From Verrucomicrobiota bacterium (GTDB lineage: Bacteria > Verrucomicrobiota > Verrucomicrobiia > Chthoniobacterales > UBA10450): a stretch of 64,000 nt of DNA. The stretch lies in assembly GCA_041167085.1 (NCBI GenBank), contig JBEEGV010000028.1, positions 2,463 through 66,462 on the forward strand, read 5' to 3'. The position numbers and the translations under genes are program-made. The notes beneath the pieces are model-generated. The model ran no database searches and was not told where the DNA came from. It saw nothing but the letters and a program-made list of their open reading frames with translations. Position 1 is the stretch's first letter; each line of letters starts with the position of its first letter. Of this stretch, positions 8,994 to 17,815 are shown piece after piece.

Positions 8994-9752
8994 ATGGCTG
9001 ACGAAACGGTCCTTCCTCTTCTCAGCCGAACTGCCGTTGCAGAACGGGCGCCCGCTTTATGGGCGAAGTATCAAGAGGCCATCATGGGAATTCCACCCGA
9101 AGCCGGCTTCGGCGGCATTTGGGAAAGCGAGATGTTTTTGTTTTATGCCTCAATTCATCCTTATGCGCCGAGACAGATATTGGAATCCGGTCGCGCTCGC
9201 GGAAAGAGCACCCTCACGCTGGCACGATGTTTTCCGGATGAACGGATCGTCAGCGTGGAATTTGATCGCGATTCTGACAATGCCCCTGCCGCGGAAGCCA
9301 AGTTGAAGCCATACAGGAATGTCGAGCTATTATATGGTGATTCGTGCCGGATCTTGCCCGAACGCGTGCGGACGGGCGATGCCGTGCTAATTGACGGCCC
9401 CAAGGGTTTTCGTGCGCTCTCCCTCGCCGTTGAGCTGTTGCACAAAACCGACCCGTGCGCTGTGTTCATCCACGATTTTCCAGCGAAAGCGCCATGGCGA
9501 ACGTTCGTTGAGCGACATTGGCCCGGAGCTTTTTTCGGGGACGACCAGCTTTTTGAACCCTTTCGCGCCCTGGATGAAGGAAGAGATCCGCGCGAAACCG
9601 GCCCGCCTTCACCGCGCCGGCGATACGGTACCTTCGCCTGTTTACCGGCCGGGCTACCCGCTCCTTATTGGCGGCTGCGGTTAGCGCTCCTGTTCGCTCG
9701 CGTGAAAGCGAGTTTTGCAAAGCAACGGTCAGACGATTTTGCGCAGGAATGA
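8994..9752 (+). CDS. class I SAM-dependent methyltransferase-like protein (Methyltransf_24/CmcI-like), tentative
   Basis: Motif I-like ILESGRARGKSTLTLA and a later VLIDGPK. The match is weak. Confidence 0.4.
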   Translation: MADETVLPLLSRTAVAERAPALWAKYQEAIMGIPPEAGFGGIWESEMFLFYASIHPYAPRQILESGRARGKSTLTLARCFPDERIVSVEFDRDSDNAPAAEAKLKPYRNVELLYGDSCRILPERVRTGDAVLIDGPKGFRALSLAVELLHKTDPCAVFIHDFPAKAPWRTFVERHWPGAFFGDDQLFEPFRALDEGRDPRETGPPSPRRRYGTFACLPAGLPAPYWRLRLALLFARVKASFAKQRSDDFAQE

Positions 9753-9776
9753 CTGGGCCGGCGAATGGCAGCGGCT

Positions 9777-10268
9777 TCAGAGAAATACACGCTGGTCCGT
9801 AACAATCGCGTCCATGACAACGTCCTGGGACTCTGTCGGAACTGACTCGATCATTTGAAATGAAAAACAGACGCCGAGCTTGAATGCGTTCGCAGCCGGA
9901 CCAGCCAGCAGTCGATCAAAAAAGCCACCGCCGCGCCCAAGTCGATGTCGATCGGTTGAAAAAGCGACACCAGGCACAAGAATAAGATCGATGGAGGCGG
10001 GAAGCTGCAATTCCGTGTCCGTTCGCGTGCTTTGCGCAAGAGTCACGCAAGAGACTTTGCGGGCATCGCAATCCAATTTCAGCGGTGTGATGATCGGCTC
10101 ACTCGGCATCGGCACAAAAAGAACGGCACTTTGCGCTTCAGCCCAGGGCGTCATTTCGAGGACACGCTCACACAATTCATCTGAAGCCGCTTCGCGATCC
10201 TCTGCGGTCATTTCGCGTAGTCGCTTCATCATTCCAGCGCGCAGGGCTGCTTTCTCAGGTGTAGTCAT
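9777..10268 (-). CDS. 5-formyltetrahydrofolate cyclo-ligase
   Basis: Family signature LILVPGVAFSTDRHRLGRGGGFFDRLL. Confidence 0.85.
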   Translation of the reverse strand: MTTPEKAALRAGMMKRLREMTAEDREAASDELCERVLEMTPWAEAQSAVLFVPMPSEPIITPLKLDCDARKVSCVTLAQSTRTDTELQLPASIDLILVPGVAFSTDRHRLGRGGGFFDRLLAGPAANAFKLGVCFSFQMIESVPTESQDVVMDAIVTDQRVFL

Positions 10269-10480
10269 GACGTTAGCGACACTCTAAGCGTCGTCCTCAC
10301 GTCGACGCAATGCCCGTCTGTCGCCGGCTGGCTGCAATAGGGCAAAGCTTGGGTTTGTGCTTTCGTCGCTTGAAATACGAAGAATTCTAATAGTCGTTCA
10401 AGTGGCTGTCGGTGTGCCTGTTGCAAATACGGTAAAGCCCCTCCTTCCGCGAAAAATTTGATTCAACCCAAGTAACTTAT

Positions 10481-11452
10481 ATGGTTCGGGCGCAAGTGCC
10501 GATTCCTTTTTCGAAAAAGAGCCGTCGCAACGTCGTACGCCAGCCGTCCGAGAACGGCGCACAAAATAAAAAGTCGACGCGCGTCAAGATGAGGCCGCGT
10601 CCTGATTGGCATAAACGGAATTACCTGGCCGAGGTCCTGATTCCTTCGCTTTTCGTCAAGCGCGTCGGCGATTATGCGCCGCCGGAGTTCCCCGAAATTC
10701 GGCCGGGCCAAATCTGCATTACCTGGATTGGTCACGCTTCCTTTTTGATTCAAACGCATGAGGTAAACGTGCTGATCGACCCCATTTGGTCCAAGTGGCT
10801 GAAGGTGATCAAGCGATTGAAGAAGCCCGGTTTCGAAATCCACCACCTTCCCGCAATTGATTTCGTTCTGGTCACGCACGCGCATTTCGACCATCTCGAC
10901 CGGCGCACCCTGCGCAAAGTTGCGGCCAATCAGCCGATCGTGGTACCGATTGGTGTCGGCAATCTTGTGCACGATCTCGGATTCCAAATTGTGCACGAGC
11001 TCGATTACTGGCAGACGGTGAAACTCGGCCCGATCGAGGTATCGCTGACGCCATGTTACCATTGGGGCGCAAGGTTCCTGGCTGATTTGCACCGCGGGTT
11101 CGGTGGTTTCGCCGTGAACGTGGATGGCCGCACGATTTTCCATTGCGGCGATAGTGCTTTCTTCCCCGGTTTCCGAGAGATCGGCGAACATTACAACATC
11201 GATATCGCCTTGTTGCCGATTGGCGCATACGACGCTCCGACCGGTCGTGAGGTGCACATGAATCCGGAAGAAGCGGTGCGGACTTTTATCGAACTAAAAG
11301 CGAAAACTCTCGTGCCCATGCATTATGGAACCTTTCGGCTTGGCTATGAGCCGCTCGATGAACCATTGCAGCGTCTCCAGGCCGCGGCCCGGACGCATGG
11401 GATCGAAGACAAAGTGCTGGTCATGACCGAGGGGAAGCCGGTGGTCTTATGA
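10481..11452 (+). CDS. MBL-fold metallo-hydrolase (NAPE-PLD-like)
   Basis: HxHxDH motif VLVTHAHFDHLD, further His/Asp ligands (CGDSAF, PMHYGTF) and WIGHASFLIQ. Confidence 0.8.
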   Translation: MVRAQVPIPFSKKSRRNVVRQPSENGAQNKKSTRVKMRPRPDWHKRNYLAEVLIPSLFVKRVGDYAPPEFPEIRPGQICITWIGHASFLIQTHEVNVLIDPIWSKWLKVIKRLKKPGFEIHHLPAIDFVLVTHAHFDHLDRRTLRKVAANQPIVVPIGVGNLVHDLGFQIVHELDYWQTVKLGPIEVSLTPCYHWGARFLADLHRGFGGFAVNVDGRTIFHCGDSAFFPGFREIGEHYNIDIALLPIGAYDAPTGREVHMNPEEAVRTFIELKAKTLVPMHYGTFRLGYEPLDEPLQRLQAAARTHGIEDKVLVMTEGKPVVL

Positions 11453-11464
11453 TAGGGAAAACGA

Positions 11465-11588
11465 CCAACGCTCAACGTTCAACGCTCAACGTCCAATTCA
11501 GAACATCATTGCGCGTTGAGCTGCTTGCTCGCGAAAACTTTCGGAGTTCCACATTGAGCGTTTGGCGTTGGGCGTTGGGCGTTGAGTG
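11465..11588. repeat. inverted simple-repeat hairpin (CAACGCT n / AGCGTTG n)
   Basis: Left arm ccaacgctcaacgttcaacgctcaacgtcc (11465-11494). Right arm ttgagcgtttggcgttgggcgttgggcgttgagtg (11554-11588). Related GCGTTGA tracts occur at 36851-36880, 47688-47724 and 49371-49387. Confidence 0.8.
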
Positions 11589-11631
11589 TTTAATTCTTCT
11601 TTTCTCCGGCCTCCGCCGCTGAGATCGCAAG

Positions 11632-13839
11632 ATGCCTGCGCGATCCACTCGCGTTGACGTAATCGGCGCGACAGCAGCCGGTCTCAGTGTAGTCCTCCTC
11701 TGCCTCGTCCTTCTCTGGCGCAATCCACTTTTGTTTTGGAACGACGACTATCAGTTGTCGATCCTGCCCGTGTTTGCCGATGTAGCGCGCAGCTGGAACG
11801 AGGGAAATTGGCCGATCTTATGCCCGTACTCATGGGTCTGCGGCAATCTCGCCGGCGAATTCCAGTATGGAACCTTCTCCATCTTCGTAAATGCAGCCGT
11901 CGTTCTCATCTGGAAACTGATCGGTAACTTTTCACACCAGGCCGCCGCGCTCTCCATCAGTCATCTCGCCGTGTTGGCCATGGGTGGTTTCGTCCTTGCG
12001 CGCGAGCGGAAATTCTCCGTTCCGCTATCGACAATGGTCGCATTCGTCGCAGCCCTTAACGGATGGATTATGTGCTGGGGAGCTACTGACTGGTTTGGTG
12101 CCCTGGGAGCATTCGCATGGCTGCCATGGGCGTGGTGGGGTCTTGAACGAGCAGCGGATGGACGACGAGGGCGCTGGAGGTTTCTATGGCCCGCACCATT
12201 TGTTTACCTGGTCGTTGCCGGGGGTTTTCCCTACACCGTCGTTATGCTCGCGCTGCTGATCGCATGGATTTCGATGCGGTCTTTGGTCCAAACTCGAAGC
12301 CTGGGCATGATTGGGCCAATAGTTTTGGGTGTGGCTCTCGGGCTTGGCCTTTCAGCGCCTGCCTGGCTCGCCATTTTTGATTATGTGCACGGCTCGGCGC
12401 GCCAGGCTCAGTCTGCGTCGGCTCATTGGCAATGGATTGTTCCGCCGTCTGCCTTACCCGCAATGATCCTGCCGTGCTGGACAGTGAATTGGGCTGACTT
12501 TTCAACGCGATACGTGCCGCACAGCGGCACAGAGTTATGCGCCGGTCTCGTCGCGCCGGTTGCAGTCCTCAGTGGCCTCATGCTGAATGGACGCGTTTTC
12601 ATTCGCAACATGCGCTGGGAATTTGGATTGCTCCTCCTTGTGCTCGCGATCGCGATGTTGCCAAGCGCAGGAGTTTTTCGGTGGAGTTTTCGCTGGCTGC
12701 CGTTCTTTCATCTGATTCTCGCGTTGTGCGCAGTCGAAGGAATTCGCGGCCTCGACTTGCAGAAGATATCCGCCGGTCGGCTGCGTCTGCCGCTTTATCT
12801 ACTGGTCGCGCTCTTTCTCACCGGCGTTAGCGCGGTCGTCATGTCGATCCTTAAGACAACCGGCGATCACGCCTTTCCGCTGACCTGGATCCTATTGGGT
12901 CTGATTGCGGTTTGGGCATTGGTGGAATCTGTTTTTTACAATTCGGAGCTGCGTAGATGGAGTCCGGCGCTGATTACACTGTCGGCGTTTCTCGCCACAT
13001 ATCTTTGCATTCCGCCAAACTGCGGGGTGCCGAGATACAATCTTTCGGCTGATCTGCTGCAGGCAGCGCCGCTCGACCCGGATCGCCTTTATCTCAGCAT
13101 CTATCCACCGGCTGAGCACACTTATCGTGTCGAAGCAAAATCGGGTCCTGTCGGACAGATCGTCCGCCCCGGCAGTACGTCGATGTGGGCCGGATTACGT
13201 TTTGTTAATGGTTACAGTCCAATCCTTGCATCCGGAGTCGGTCGTGAATTTGGGTTTGCCATTCATGGCGAGATCGACGGTAACATGGGTAGGTACCTGT
13301 TGGCGGAGCAGGCCGGCGCCGACGGCGAACTGGCAAGACTTGGCGTCGATGGAATTACGATTGCCAGCGAGATGGATTTCGATCCCGCGCCGGCCTCGGA
13401 ATGGGAATTGGTAACGTCGACGGCGGAAGGTCGGGTTTTTCATCGACGGGGCGCTGCCTACCCTCGTATTCGGGCGCTCACATCCAGTCAGGAGCGGATG
13501 AAGGTGGCTCTGAGTCCGGTGATCATTTCGCGCATCAAAGAAGCACGAAATCGAGCGGAAGCGGACGTTGAAGTGCCCAATGGAGCCGTTTCCGCAAACA
13601 TCGGCTTTTCTCGCCCGTACTTTCGCGGCTATGAAGCGAGGTTAGGGGATCAGAAGTTAATGGTCCGTTCGGAACGCGGATTGTTCCCCGTTGTTGAGCT
13701 ACCCAGTGGAAGCAAAGGTCACCTTACCCTGAGTTATCGGCCGTGGTGGCTCGTCTACGGCAGCGCACTGGCCATTCTCTGCGCCGGCATTTTCGTCGCA
13801 GGCGTTGCCGCGGCCGCCGTCACTGGCGGCAGAACGTGA
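11632..13839 (+). CDS. large polytopic membrane protein, function unknown (possibly GT-C/YfhO-like glycan-processing)
   Basis: At least 12 hydrophobic segments in the first ~480 aa, a soluble C-terminal domain and a final TM. The function is a guess from architecture and neighbourhood. Confidence 0.6.
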   Translation: MPARSTRVDVIGATAAGLSVVLLCLVLLWRNPLLFWNDDYQLSILPVFADVARSWNEGNWPILCPYSWVCGNLAGEFQYGTFSIFVNAAVVLIWKLIGNFSHQAAALSISHLAVLAMGGFVLARERKFSVPLSTMVAFVAALNGWIMCWGATDWFGALGAFAWLPWAWWGLERAADGRRGRWRFLWPAPFVYLVVAGGFPYTVVMLALLIAWISMRSLVQTRSLGMIGPIVLGVALGLGLSAPAWLAIFDYVHGSARQAQSASAHWQWIVPPSALPAMILPCWTVNWADFSTRYVPHSGTELCAGLVAPVAVLSGLMLNGRVFIRNMRWEFGLLLLVLAIAMLPSAGVFRWSFRWLPFFHLILALCAVEGIRGLDLQKISAGRLRLPLYLLVALFLTGVSAVVMSILKTTGDHAFPLTWILLGLIAVWALVESVFYNSELRRWSPALITLSAFLATYLCIPPNCGVPRYNLSADLLQAAPLDPDRLYLSIYPPAEHTYRVEAKSGPVGQIVRPGSTSMWAGLRFVNGYSPILASGVGREFGFAIHGEIDGNMGRYLLAEQAGADGELARLGVDGITIASEMDFDPAPASEWELVTSTAEGRVFHRRGAAYPRIRALTSSQERMKVALSPVIISRIKEARNRAEADVEVPNGAVSANIGFSRPYFRGYEARLGDQKLMVRSERGLFPVVELPSGSKGHLTLSYRPWWLVYGSALAILCAGIFVAGVAAAAVTGGRT

Positions 13840-13845
13840 TGTTTT

Positions 13846-15015
13846 TTAATAAACGTCGCGCTTGTAACGTTTTTCGTTCTTAAGTTTTTCCACGTACTGG
13901 TTTGCCTGGTCGACGCTTTTGCCGCCTTCTTGCTGAACGATTTTATGAAGCGCAGCATCAACGTCTTTGGCCATGCGGCGCGCATCACCGCAGACAAAAA
14001 ACTGCGCGCCCTCTGAATCCAGCCATTTCCATATTTCGCGGCCGTTTTGCAGCATACGATTCTGCACATAAACCTTGTGCGCCTGATCGCGCGACCAGGC
14101 GCAGTCCAGGCGGGTCAAAATCCCCTCGGCTGCGAATTGATCGAAATCTTCCCGGTAGGAATAGTCACAGCTCTCTCGCTGGGCGCCAAAGAAGAGCCAG
14201 TTCTTCCCTTTGGCTCCAAGCGCTTTTCGTTCCTGCAGGAAAGCCCGGAATGGCGCCACGCCGGTGCCCGGTCCAATCATGATGATTGGGACGTCAGGGT
14301 CGTCGGGCAGATGAAAATGTTTGGCCGAGCTTGGATAAACCGGCACAGGGACTCCCTCGGCGCGCTCAGCCAGGAATGTCGAGCAGACGCCTTTGCGCTC
14401 CCGCCCATGACTTTCGTAACGGACTACATCGACAATGAAGTGCACTTGCTCGGGATAGGCACGTAAACTCGAGGCCACCGAATAGAGCCGCGGTTGAAGT
14501 TTGGTCAGCAACCCGACGAATTCTTCCGGAGCAAACCTGGCCGACGGGTGATCAATCAAAAAATCAATGACTTCCATTCCCCAAAGATATGTCTCGAGAT
14601 CCTGTTTACGGTCCGAAACGAGAAGATCCTTAAGCAACGGCGCAGCGGACGCGCGTTCCGCGATCGCTTTCAAAAACTTGGGCGTGGCTTGGGTGATCGA
14701 ATAATCGCGGAGGAGCGCGTCGCGCAGGCTCTTTTGAGTCTTGGCCGCGGGCACTGGCTCGTCGCCTTTCGCACCGATGGCGTGAATCACCTCTTCGACC
14801 AGGCCTGAATCGTTGGTCGGATAGACCGCGACGGAATCACCGACTTCGAATTTCAATCCCCAGCCCGTGAGATCAATCTCAAAATGCCGCGTGTCTTTTT
14901 CAGATTCGGGACCACTCAAGCGCCGATTGGTCACGAGTTTTCCGGGAAAGGGATTGGCGCGGGTATAAGGCGCGCTCGGGGATGGGCTTTTCGGTGGAGC
15001 GCTGGTTTCCGGCAT
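13846..15015 (-). CDS. CysJ-type FAD/NADPH oxidoreductase (FNR-like module only, no FMN/flavodoxin domain), paralog 2
   Basis: RLYSVASS (FAD), GPGTGVAPFRAFLQER and WLFFG (NADPH), FFVCGDARRMAKDV, C-terminal RYKRDVY. Start chosen at MPETSAPP by homology with paralog 1; the ORF is open to 15138. Confidence 0.85.
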   Translation of the reverse strand: MPETSAPPKSPSPSAPYTRANPFPGKLVTNRRLSGPESEKDTRHFEIDLTGWGLKFEVGDSVAVYPTNDSGLVEEVIHAIGAKGDEPVPAAKTQKSLRDALLRDYSITQATPKFLKAIAERASAAPLLKDLLVSDRKQDLETYLWGMEVIDFLIDHPSARFAPEEFVGLLTKLQPRLYSVASSLRAYPEQVHFIVDVVRYESHGRERKGVCSTFLAERAEGVPVPVYPSSAKHFHLPDDPDVPIIMIGPGTGVAPFRAFLQERKALGAKGKNWLFFGAQRESCDYSYREDFDQFAAEGILTRLDCAWSRDQAHKVYVQNRMLQNGREIWKWLDSEGAQFFVCGDARRMAKDVDAALHKIVQQEGGKSVDQANQYVEKLKNEKRYKRDVY

Positions 15016-15153
15016 GTGAGCTTTTAGCGGCGATCTATCATCGTCGCAAATGTTCTGTAGCCGCGCCGCTCTGCCTGCCGCGCCGAAGCCTTGGCGAAGG
15101 AGGGTTAGGGCGTTATCAAACTCACGGCGACAGAGCACCGTGGTTACACCGCC

Positions 15154-16314
15154 CTAATAGACATCGCGCTTGTAACGCTTGTCGCTCTTCAGTTTTTCGA
15201 TGTATTCGTTTGTCTGCTCGACAGTTTTGCCGCCTTGTTCCTGAGCGATCTGCCTCAGGGCAGCATCTACATCCTTGGCCATGCGGCGCGCATCGCCGCA
15301 AACGAAGAAGTGCGCGCCTTCGCTCTCAAGCCATTGCCAAAGTTCGGCTGCGCAACTCAGCATTTTGTGTTGCACATAGGATTTGTCAGCCTGATCGCGC
15401 GACCACGCGCAATCCAGGCGGGTAAGGGCGCCGTCAGTTTTCAATTTTTCGAGTTCGTCCTTGTAAAAATAATTGCAGTGCTCGTGTTGCGATCCGAAGA
15501 AGAGCCAATTTTTCCCCTTCGCTCCCAGCGCCTGCCGCTCTTGCAGATAAGCGCGAAACGGCGCGATGCCCGTTCCCGGTCCGACCATGATAATGGGAGT
15601 GTTGTTGTCCTCAGGGAGGCGAAACTTCGATGTATTTGGAAAAACAGGAACCGGCGTGCTCGTGGCTCGCTCAGCCAGAAAAGTTGAGCAGACACCTTTG
15701 CGGATGCGGCCCCGACTTTCATATTGCACCACGTCGATCGTGAAATGGACCTGGTTCGGATGCGCTTTCAGGCTCGAGGAAATCGAGTACAAGCGCGGCT
15801 GCAATTTCGCCAGAGTGTCGACCAATTCCTGGGCCGTCCATTTAATCGATGGATGTTCGATCAGGAAATCGATCACCTCCATTCCCCAGAGATAGGCGTC
15901 GAGCTCCTGCTTCCGCTCTGGTTTGAGAAGATCGCTTAACAAGGGCGCGGCAATGGCACGTTCCGCAATCGCCTTCAAAAATTTCGGAGTTGTTTGAGTA
16001 ATCCGGCAATCGCGCAACAAAGCGTCTCCCAGGGTGGTGTCGCCCTTCGGACCCTTCACCGGCTCGTCCGGCCTGGCGCGAATGATTTTGATAATTTCAT
16101 CCGCCAACGCCGAATCGTTCGTTGGCCAAACCGTCATCGAATCGCCAACTTCGTAATTTAATCCCCAACCGGTTAGGTCGAGCTCGAAATGACGCGTGTC
16201 CTTTCCCGACCCTTCTCCGCACAAGCTGCGGTTAACCTTCATCTTGGCCGGAAATGGATTTGCGCGGGTATATGGCGCTCCGGCGGCGTTTGGTGGAGCG
16301 GTAGTTTCCGGCAT
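15154..16314 (-). CDS. CysJ-type FAD/NADPH oxidoreductase (FNR-like module only), paralog 1
   Basis: RLYSISSS, GPGTGIAPFRAYLQER, WLFFG, FFVCGDARRMAKDV, C-terminal RYKRDVY. Confidence 0.85.
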   Translation of the reverse strand: MPETTAPPNAAGAPYTRANPFPAKMKVNRSLCGEGSGKDTRHFELDLTGWGLNYEVGDSMTVWPTNDSALADEIIKIIRARPDEPVKGPKGDTTLGDALLRDCRITQTTPKFLKAIAERAIAAPLLSDLLKPERKQELDAYLWGMEVIDFLIEHPSIKWTAQELVDTLAKLQPRLYSISSSLKAHPNQVHFTIDVVQYESRGRIRKGVCSTFLAERATSTPVPVFPNTSKFRLPEDNNTPIIMVGPGTGIAPFRAYLQERQALGAKGKNWLFFGSQHEHCNYFYKDELEKLKTDGALTRLDCAWSRDQADKSYVQHKMLSCAAELWQWLESEGAHFFVCGDARRMAKDVDAALRQIAQEQGGKTVEQTNEYIEKLKSDKRYKRDVY

Positions 16315-16407
16315 TTTCAGCCTGTAAGGGCGGTCTATGACCGCCCGGAAAGATGAGCTGCAGAGTTCATGGCATAATTTCGGCGGTGACAGACCGCCGC
16401 GACAAGA

Positions 16408-16638
16408 TCAGCCATCATTTCCGATCGCGAGCGTCGGGCAGACTTCCATTGCGCGCTGTGCCGCTGCTGTCTCTTCGTCGTTCTCCGGCTGTTTGAAAAA
16501 GAAAACAGCAGTTTCGTCTTCGTTGTACTTAAGGAGATTCGGGGCTTCATCCAAACAGACACGGCATGGTGTGCACGTGGTATCGACATACCACGCTCCG
16601 GGAGCGTTTTGAGGCTGTTTGCTTGCTTTGTCGGCCAT
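16408..16638 (-). CDS. small ferredoxin (single CxxCxxC...CP cluster)
   Basis: YVDTTCTPCRVCLDEAP ... EVCPTLAI. 76 aa. Confidence 0.8.
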   Translation of the reverse strand: MADKASKQPQNAPGAWYVDTTCTPCRVCLDEAPNLLKYNEDETAVFFFKQPENDEETAAAQRAMEVCPTLAIGNDG

Positions 16639-16642
16639 AAAT

Positions 16643-16975
16643 TTATTTTTCTACAATGTTACGATACCGACGGCAATGCCTTTCGCTCCGTGCTGTAATG
16701 GACTTTGACTCGGTACCCGACGCACACTGACCGCGAATGGCCTTCGAAGCAAAATCAGCCTTCTTCTCTACCTTGCTTGCGAGTGTGCGCGACAACCCTC
16801 GCCGAAATGCTCTCGCGCTCGTCCGAATCAGGATGGTAGCCAGCGGCTGCTCGGCAGCCTTGGCCACGGCATCGCCGAGGTAGGGATTGCGCGGTAAATC
16901 GCGTACTTCAAAACCTGCCGCTAACCGCGCACGACGCAGATCGGGATCGATTTGCTGCTTCATGATAATGGCCAC
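16643..16975 (-). CDS. hypothetical protein (doubtful ORF)
   Basis: It is the only ORF in a ~540-bp gap. The first ~45 codons look coding, but the Arg-rich tail looks non-coding. It could be a decayed gene. Confidence 0.25.
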   Translation of the reverse strand: MAIIMKQQIDPDLRRARLAAGFEVRDLPRNPYLGDAVAKAAEQPLATILIRTSARAFRRGLSRTLASKVEKKADFASKAIRGQCASGTESKSITARSERHCRRYRNIVEK

Positions 16976-17180
16976 CAGAAGCTTGTTGCCTTGAACGGTT
17001 CAGGCCGCTCCACACTTTTGATCCATCGTTACGCCGAAATCCAAAAATTAAAGGCGGGGAGCGTGACCGGGAGCAATAATCTTCGCTGAATCCGTCCCGG
17101 GGGTAGTCGATAATCTTTGCTCAGAAGGGGCAGGGAGCTACCCCTCACTACCTGATAAAGCGTTTTGGACGGCTTGCCGA

Positions 17181-17741
17181 TTGCGAAAGGTTCTTTTCCC
17201 GCTTAGAAATATTTTTGCGCAGTTCTTTGACTTGAAAGCAAACCAACCATCGAAAAGAAAAAATAGCGGGCGGCCTCCCAAGTTTCCCGAACCGAGCCGC
17301 CCGATAACATTGACACTTCCGGACAGCACTTTACGTGAATTGGAAGACATTGATCCCGACCGGGGTCACGCCATCGTGAAACTGGCAAGAAGCTCTTTGC
17401 GCAGCGGTGAAGAGGAACGGCCCCTGGTCGAAATCGTGGAAATGGCGCCGAACACCGGGCTTATTGTTGTCGGGCCCAGCAGAGCGCTACGAAAAATTCC
17501 TTTTCTGCATCTTATTGAGATTGCCCCGGCCCGATATCTGATCGCACTGGATCCGGGCGACGATTTTCACACTATGGAAATTGCTATTACGGACGCTCTC
17601 GATGATGTGCCGAAAAGCGACAAGCGAGAACGAAAATTGATGACGGATTTGCTTCAGCATATCCGTCGTCTGCGTAAAAGCGATCGCGTCAGGATCGCAA
17701 AAGTTCTTTTCGTCGACTTGCAAGGAAATGGTAAGCCGTGA
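17181..17741 (+). CDS. hypothetical protein, possible N-terminal ribbon-helix-helix-like segment
   Basis: GRPPKFPEPSRPITLTLPDSTLRELEDI resembles RHH/CopG-type N-termini. TTG start, so the start is uncertain. Confidence 0.4.
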   Translation: MRKVLFPLRNIFAQFFDLKANQPSKRKNSGRPPKFPEPSRPITLTLPDSTLRELEDIDPDRGHAIVKLARSSLRSGEEERPLVEIVEMAPNTGLIVVGPSRALRKIPFLHLIEIAPARYLIALDPGDDFHTMEIAITDALDDVPKSDKRERKLMTDLLQHIRRLRKSDRVRIAKVLFVDLQGNGKP

Positions 17742-17815
17742 TCTCTGGTCCGCGAAAATTGCGGAAAAGTCGGATCGTCTTTTTCTTTTCGAACTTGCCT
17801 AACCGACCGCTCGCT

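Noticed and set aside
10407-10427. Sigma-54-like -24/-12 promoter (cGGtgtgcctgTTGCa)
   Set aside because: The GG-N10-GC spacing and TTGCA are present, but the -24 half matches only at GG. No enhancer-binding protein gene is nearby. The evidence is too weak to call.
10269-10480. 6S RNA (ssrS) upstream of the 5-formyl-THF cyclo-ligase gene
   Set aside because: Position and length (~210 nt) fit the known ssrS-ygfA linkage. Reading the minus strand by eye, though, I found no long 5'/3' closing helix or central-bubble architecture, only short local hairpins and two direct repeats. It needs a covariance-model scan (Rfam 6S) before any claim.
10463-11257. 264-aa minus-strand ORF
   Set aside because: It is antisense to the MBL hydrolase gene, which has clear HxHxDH motifs. 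It has no recognisable domain.
11465-11588. CRISPR array
   Set aside because: The repeat unit is only ~7 nt, tandem and inverted, with no unique spacers and no cas genes. The same applies to the other GCGTTGA tracts.
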